Assembly (NCBI GenBank): GCA_902785605.1
Contig: CACZZL010000008.1
Coordinates: 8,538-72,537, forward strand
Direction: 5' to 3'
Source of the DNA: an uncultured Bacteroidales bacterium
GTDB taxonomy: Bacteria; Bacteroidota; Bacteroidia; Bacteroidales; Paludibacteraceae
Length of the DNA: 64,000 bases
The translations under genes and the position numbers were made by a program. Within the stretch, counting starts at the first letter, position 1; every line of letters starts with the position of its first letter. Shown here piece after piece: positions 60,501 to 64,000 of this stretch. The notes below the pieces were generated by a model. It searched no databases. It had not been told where the DNA came from and worked only from the letters and a program-made list of their open reading frames with translations.

Positions 60501-63500
60501 TATACCATTTATCCGATTTATACGGAGAATATGACTACCGTTAACTTGGTGGCAAGTCCGACGGGTAAGGGAACATTTACCAGTGGAGACGATGCAGTAA
60601 CATCTGTTTCTGCAGGTGTAACGACACACCCGACAGTAACGGCTGTACCTGCTTCCGGATATCGCGTGAACACCAGTGCTACCGTTTGGAGTGAGAGTAG
60701 TGATTATATCACTATTTCGGCAACCAATGCAGCATCTACAACGATTACAGGTAGCGGAACAAGTGGCAATTCGGCTACCTTGACTGCTACGTTTACGCCT
60801 ATAGTATATACTATCACGCTGAATGATAATGAGGGTAGCGGCGGTGTTGGTTCGGCAACGGTTACGTTTGACGATGACAACTTTGCATTCGCTTCTTCTT
60901 TCGTAGCTCCGACGCGTACGGGTTATATCTTCCAAGGATATTATACTTCGTCTTCGATGGATGTTGGTGATCAACTTATTGATAAGGAGGGAAATTGGCA
61001 CTCTGACACGGAGCCATATGTATATATTGATGGCGGCGGTAATTGGATATATCCTAATAATATGACACTCTATGCCGGTTGGACACCGATCACCTTCACT
61101 ATCCACTATGATGCCAATGGCGGTAGCGGATCGATGGACGACCAAGTTGCCAAATATGAAGTAGAAAGTTCGTTAGACGGTCAGAATTCCTTTATATCTA
61201 CGAATGGCTTTACGGCTCCGACCGGGTATGGTATTTATTATCCGGCTCATCCTTGGAACACAAGCGCTGATGGAACAGGAACAGATATTGATGCCGCTAC
61301 TTATCAAAGCACGTTGACAAGTACGAATGGCGCAACTGTTAATTTGTATGCACAATGGAGCGGTAGATTTGCATTGAAGGCTAATTATGATGGCGGTGTA
61401 GATGGATACTTCCGTATTCATTATAATACGTCAATTATTGAAACATTGACCACTCTTTACCCAACCCGTCTCGGATATTTGTGTGATGGATACTATACGG
61501 CAGCAGAGGATGGAACCAAAGTTCTTAACGGTAATGGTACCGTTGTAGATGGAAATGTAAGCGGTTATGTAACCGGTGGTAAATGGACTTACAAAGGAAC
61601 TCAGGACTTCTATGCTCATTGGAACCAAATCAAATATAATCTTGCTTTTGACGGCAACGACTGTGCTGCTTATGTGGGCGAAGCAACCGGTTCTAAAGCA
61701 AGCATGGCCAATGTGGAATACGAGACTGATGTAGATATCACAGCCGGTACATTAGCCCGTGAAGGTTATACATTCGCAGGTTGGTCGAAAACGGCTTGTG
61801 CAACGAGTCCGACCTATGTTGGCAGCACAACGCGTCATATATCCTCCACAGATGGAGATAATGTGACATTGTATGCTGTTTGGAACGCAAAAAATTATAC
61901 CATCTCATTTAATGCTTTGGGTGGTGACTGCTACACTACATCCAAATCCGTTGCTATGGGCGCAAACTATGGATCTTTGCCGACGGCTTATGGTAACTCA
62001 GGTTATGAGTTCGTAGGCTGGTATACGCGTCCGGAAGGTGGTACGTTAGTGACAGAAGAGACCCAAATGGTTACCGCTTCTGACCATACTTTGTACGCGC
62101 ATTATGAAAAGAAAGAACGCGTATATTTCAAGAATACCCTGGGATGGGAGAGTGTATATGTCACATGGGATGCTACTTGGAACTATAATAGTGAAGACAA
62201 GGGAGCTGGTGCTAGGGGCAAGACGCAGGAATTGATGAGTCACATCTACGGAACAGATATCTGGTATAAGGATGTTCCGGCGGCAATTCTCAGCTCTTGG
62301 AAGGGCAACATTGCATTTACCAATATTGCCATGCCAAACTATGATTGGTTCGATGATGGTCAGGCTGTTTATCGTCGTGACTTTGACTCGGATGCAACGA
62401 TGTTCGTTCCAACGCCGAATGATCCTTACAAATATACGAAGAATACACACGATCCTAAACCGGGTACGGTATATTACAGCACGGACATGATTGTGGATGA
62501 GGATGGCTCAGGTAACCCAACCAATTATCGTTATAAGAACGGTTATTGGGTACGCTATGACGAGTTGCAATCCGGTTATACAGTTAAAGGTAGCTGGAAA
62601 TGGGCTGATGACCACTATGTGGAGAGACACAGTTTGGATGACTCTACATATGTATTCACGATTCGTAACTTGTCGGCAAATTCTAATTATTGGTTCAACC
62701 TGTACAAGCACTGTACAACGGATAATGATTACAGCTCTGTCTTCAAACCGGCAGCAGATATGACATCTGCAAGTTCGGATGTTGTATTCAGTGCACAGTA
62801 TGCAGGCGGTGGCGATAAGAAGATGACGACAACTGTAGCCGGTGACTATACGTTCAAGTTCGTCTTCAGCGCGTTAGGTGAAATTCGACTGACGATTGAA
62901 TACCCGTTAGCCGTTAATGACTACCGTGTAGTATATGGTTGGAACGATGGTAGTGCGCAAACTTTCTCGTCTGAGTATATCAAGGCGAAAGCAGATGCAG
63001 TAGATACCATCTCTATGTTCATCCACTCCGGTGATAATGCTACTGATCGTTCGCTCTACATCCAGAAGTGTACCGGTATTACCGCTGGTGTGCCGACCTG
63101 GAATACCACTTACAGCGCTATCACGCTGCCTTCAGAGACGGCAAGCGGTAAGACTTCCGGTGTATATAACTTCCGTATTGCACAAAACGGTAGTGCTGCA
63201 GCTACTGGTGAAAGTATTGGTAAGTACGATGGTAATTATTACATCCGTACGGATAGTGCTGCCGGTGGTTGGGACTTCTATAAAGAGTATCCGTCCAGCC
63301 AGATGACGTTCTCTGAGTACTCGTTATCGCAGACTCTGTCCGCTCCGTATAGCCACTATTATTGCCAATATGTGGGTAATTCCTCAACGGATATCAGTTA
63401 TACGATAGCAACAGACTATAGTCCTGCAATCTGTCCGATTCAGGAAGGTGATGCCACGATCGGTGTAGGTAATAAGACGTTGCCTTCCGGCAAACCGGCA

Positions 63501-64000
63501 TCTGTCCGCTTCACATGGAACGAAGAGACGAATGCTACCTTCCGTTCGTATCTGAAGTCCGCGCAAGGCGACGGCAACAAGCGATTCCTGGTATTGCATG
63601 GTTCGGATACTAAGGTTTTGGATGCTGATGGTGATGAGATTGCAGGCGAAGGTGAAGGAGCAGAGCAGATGCATGCAAACGAGTTGTTATTCAGTGATAC
63701 CGAGAACTGGGTATATGAATTGGCATTTAAGGCGAAACCGGGTGCCAAAGTAAGTATCATTGCTCGATACAATGATGTGGACCGTTATCTAGTAGGTGCA
63801 GCAGATGCATGGGAAACCATTATCTCCGGTGGCGCAGATACGAAATATGACATCGCTGCCGTTTATGACTTCAAGACCAACCGTCTGATTACTACTTGGA
63901 TTCCGAGTGGCACAATTTCAGATCAAATAAAAGAAGTGGATGTGCTCATTGAACGTCATAACCAAGATGGTGCTACCACAATCACCTTCGGTAAGGCGGC
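57471..64000 (+). CDS. giant cell-surface protein with at least 8 Listeria-Bacteroides (Flg_new) repeats, 5' partial (continues past the window)
   Basis: Absent from the ORF track. I translated the frame by hand from ATG 57471 (MKNLNLIERLWTDSHEKQSPQRFARYAAMLIMLLTLGVGQMWA) and found no stop up to 63959. Repeats are of the form YSITYNLNGGT...LPTPTRDGYDFDGWFDNSSFTGSAITTIAAGSTGNKEYWAKWTE, also seen near 59185, 60800, 61090, 61630 and 61870. Confidence 0.8.
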   Translation, partial: MKNLNLIERLWTDSHEKQSPQRFARYAAMLIMLLTLGVGQMWATDLYVMNFDGKWSYSDANKMEGTSSPWVHYGYWNTSKEFKIATSDWSTVNLGKKDSNPTIGGSAVEVTHGSATNLTFPTPASQGGIYKITVTLSSGTYKVKIEAVATEQTTWRQISAPKIYWNNTDAGYTNVTMINGRYTNYGGDGKGTLASPLTRITNTNLWYNTSISNGTGDGSWFTSTLFVDANWDSWENNNVPTQRAMYAASNTAVNTASLNSKTFLFSAANGNRGATLSRSQLSSGYSELNKTQTVEVYVKVGSGSYTKRTSSWPGTLTPDRYYLSNATTASHVNNTALTASSSVTVSAVLTSAFSLSESSTADGYNFDGWGTSSSSTPSGKNAAYSISSITGANTICAFFTAPSYSITYNLNGGTQQVSPAPATSYTVESSAITLPTPTRDGYDFDGWFDNSSFTGSAITTIAAGSTGNKEYWAKWTEASTYYDVTFGVHESGNGTLTAVKTVNSASITSGEDLLSGTAITFTATPSSYYEVEGWYTNSACTLGKHDAGETTYSVASLGSDITVYVKFKPITYNITYNLNSGTNNPGNPATYTYESSAITLLDPTRDGYTFGGWYTEVGLTNRVYSIAAGSNGNKAFWAKWTEKMTTVTVNVSPSGAGTLTVGGAAFTPGNTTTAGVTTSRTVVATPASGKVFLDWSVSGNATGTNSTNTYTLKGNGSAGTGTLTANFGVASGWYMEGTAFGGWVRPNTATYQFARPYRGMENVFYYPASLAASSYWKVNDGTKPYSISNSTTAITKKTIYSLTEEWSNSTYASSAMTNIWVVLDKSNKKLWVQDPQTYYNVNVSGANDSKGPVKVTLKTTSAFTKGDNVFETTQFANGETFTITVTPVTGYIPTITIGGNTPVTWWKEQATYTADGTMSTSDITVTISYTPTRAVRFAKTTGCKTLTATGPESTSVSDNTKIKDGTEITFSQENSDGYTFSKWYSNNTGISGTTYSTEDDDYTLTVSSTAYTIYPIYTENMTTVNLVASPTGKGTFTSGDDAVTSVSAGVTTHPTVTAVPASGYRVNTSATVWSESSDYITISATNAASTTITGSGTSGNSATLTATFTPIVYTITLNDNEGSGGVGSATVTFDDDNFAFASSFVAPTRTGYIFQGYYTSSSMDVGDQLIDKEGNWHSDTEPYVYIDGGGNWIYPNNMTLYAGWTPITFTIHYDANGGSGSMDDQVAKYEVESSLDGQNSFISTNGFTAPTGYGIYYPAHPWNTSADGTGTDIDAATYQSTLTSTNGATVNLYAQWSGRFALKANYDGGVDGYFRIHYNTSIIETLTTLYPTRLGYLCDGYYTAAEDGTKVLNGNGTVVDGNVSGYVTGGKWTYKGTQDFYAHWNQIKYNLAFDGNDCAAYVGEATGSKASMANVEYETDVDITAGTLAREGYTFAGWSKTACATSPTYVGSTTRHISSTDGDNVTLYAVWNAKNYTISFNALGGDCYTTSKSVAMGANYGSLPTAYGNSGYEFVGWYTRPEGGTLVTEETQMVTASDHTLYAHYEKKERVYFKNTLGWESVYVTWDATWNYNSEDKGAGARGKTQELMSHIYGTDIWYKDVPAAILSSWKGNIAFTNIAMPNYDWFDDGQAVYRRDFDSDATMFVPTPNDPYKYTKNTHDPKPGTVYYSTDMIVDEDGSGNPTNYRYKNGYWVRYDELQSGYTVKGSWKWADDHYVERHSLDDSTYVFTIRNLSANSNYWFNLYKHCTTDNDYSSVFKPAADMTSASSDVVFSAQYAGGGDKKMTTTVAGDYTFKFVFSALGEIRLTIEYPLAVNDYRVVYGWNDGSAQTFSSEYIKAKADAVDTISMFIHSGDNATDRSLYIQKCTGITAGVPTWNTTYSAITLPSETASGKTSGVYNFRIAQNGSAAATGESIGKYDGNYYIRTDSAAGGWDFYKEYPSSQMTFSEYSLSQTLSAPYSHYYCQYVGNSSTDISYTIATDYSPAICPIQEGDATIGVGNKTLPSGKPASVRFTWNEETNATFRSYLKSAQGDGNKRFLVLHGSDTKVLDADGDEIAGEGEGAEQMHANELLFSDTENWVYELAFKAKPGAKVSIIARYNDVDRYLVGAADAWETIISGGADTKYDIAAVYDFKTNRLITTWIPSGTISDQIKEVDVLIERHNQDGATTITFGKA

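Noticed and set aside
63955-63995. Apparent frameshift or premature stop at the end of the giant gene (CAT AAA CCA ... TAA at 63993-63995 in my reading)
   Set aside because: By my count the last printed line has one base too many. With one fewer A the frame continues as ...ERHNQDGATTITFGKA to the window edge. That reads like real protein. It also explains why the ORF track, which seems to list only ORFs with an in-window stop, omits the gene. I treat this as a reading ambiguity and not biology. It should be re-checked on the raw sequence.

Overview
The window reads as a Bacteroidota chromosome segment, probably Bacteroidales and Prevotella-like. This is inferred from three things: the recurrent TTG(-33)/TAnnTTTG(-7) promoter grammar, a tmRNA tag ending YALAA, and the gene content. 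No database search was run.

The backbone is roughly 50% GC by eye and carries housekeeping genes:
- Cell wall, Fe-S and RNA modification: murI, sufB, rlmI, sufC and sufD (the latter two lie about 34 kb from sufB).
- Translation and RNA genes: initiator tRNA-Met, tRNA-Arg, tRNA-Ala, tmRNA, rpsO, rpsU, hflX.
- Metabolism and replication: hpt, a phosphosugar mutase, tcdA, recG, tonB, ssb, prs, glutaminyl cyclase, a polyprenyl synthase, aroC.
- A glycosyltransferase block.
- A hexuronate operon: uxaC, kdgK, eda and an MFS transporter.

Accessory material interrupts this backbone in five places:
1. 12.5-15 kb: mobile-element debris (a DUF3987 gene and a broken KilA-N gene) next to ssrA and rpsO.
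2. 29.8-34.1 kb: a YoeB-type toxin-antitoxin pair, an N6-adenine methyltransferase translationally coupled to a DUF262-HNH nuclease, then a gene-poor stretch with orphan promoters.
3. 41.4-43.6 kb: two genes inserted into the hexuronate operon.
4. 50.1-57.3 kb: a visibly AT-rich island. It holds a PIN toxin-antitoxin pair, a small P-loop protein, an OLD-like ABC-ATPase/TOPRIM fusion, an orphan gene, a dinD remnant, and a coupled gene pair in which both proteins carry HEPN-type Rx4-6H motifs.
5. 57471 to the window end: a giant Listeria-Bacteroides-repeat surface protein gene. It is absent from the ORF track because it has no stop codon inside the window.

The most unusual signals are:
- The uncharacterised Zn-ribbon-HEPN plus large HEPN-tail gene pair at 54663-57216.
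- Three copies of the giant gene's leader and 5' end, arranged like cassette boundaries across 53.1-57.6 kb.
- Perfect 19-25 nt alternating purine-pyrimidine tracts in those leaders and after an orphan promoter.
- Heptamer-type tandem micro-repeats at 16 or more sites, many inserted in frame in conserved housekeeping genes.
- A promoter-to-terminator structured RNA candidate upstream of a leucine-rich-repeat surface protein.

I saw no rRNA genes, no CRISPR array, and no intact integrase or transposase. All functional calls rest on motif recognition from reading the translations and have not been checked by homology search.
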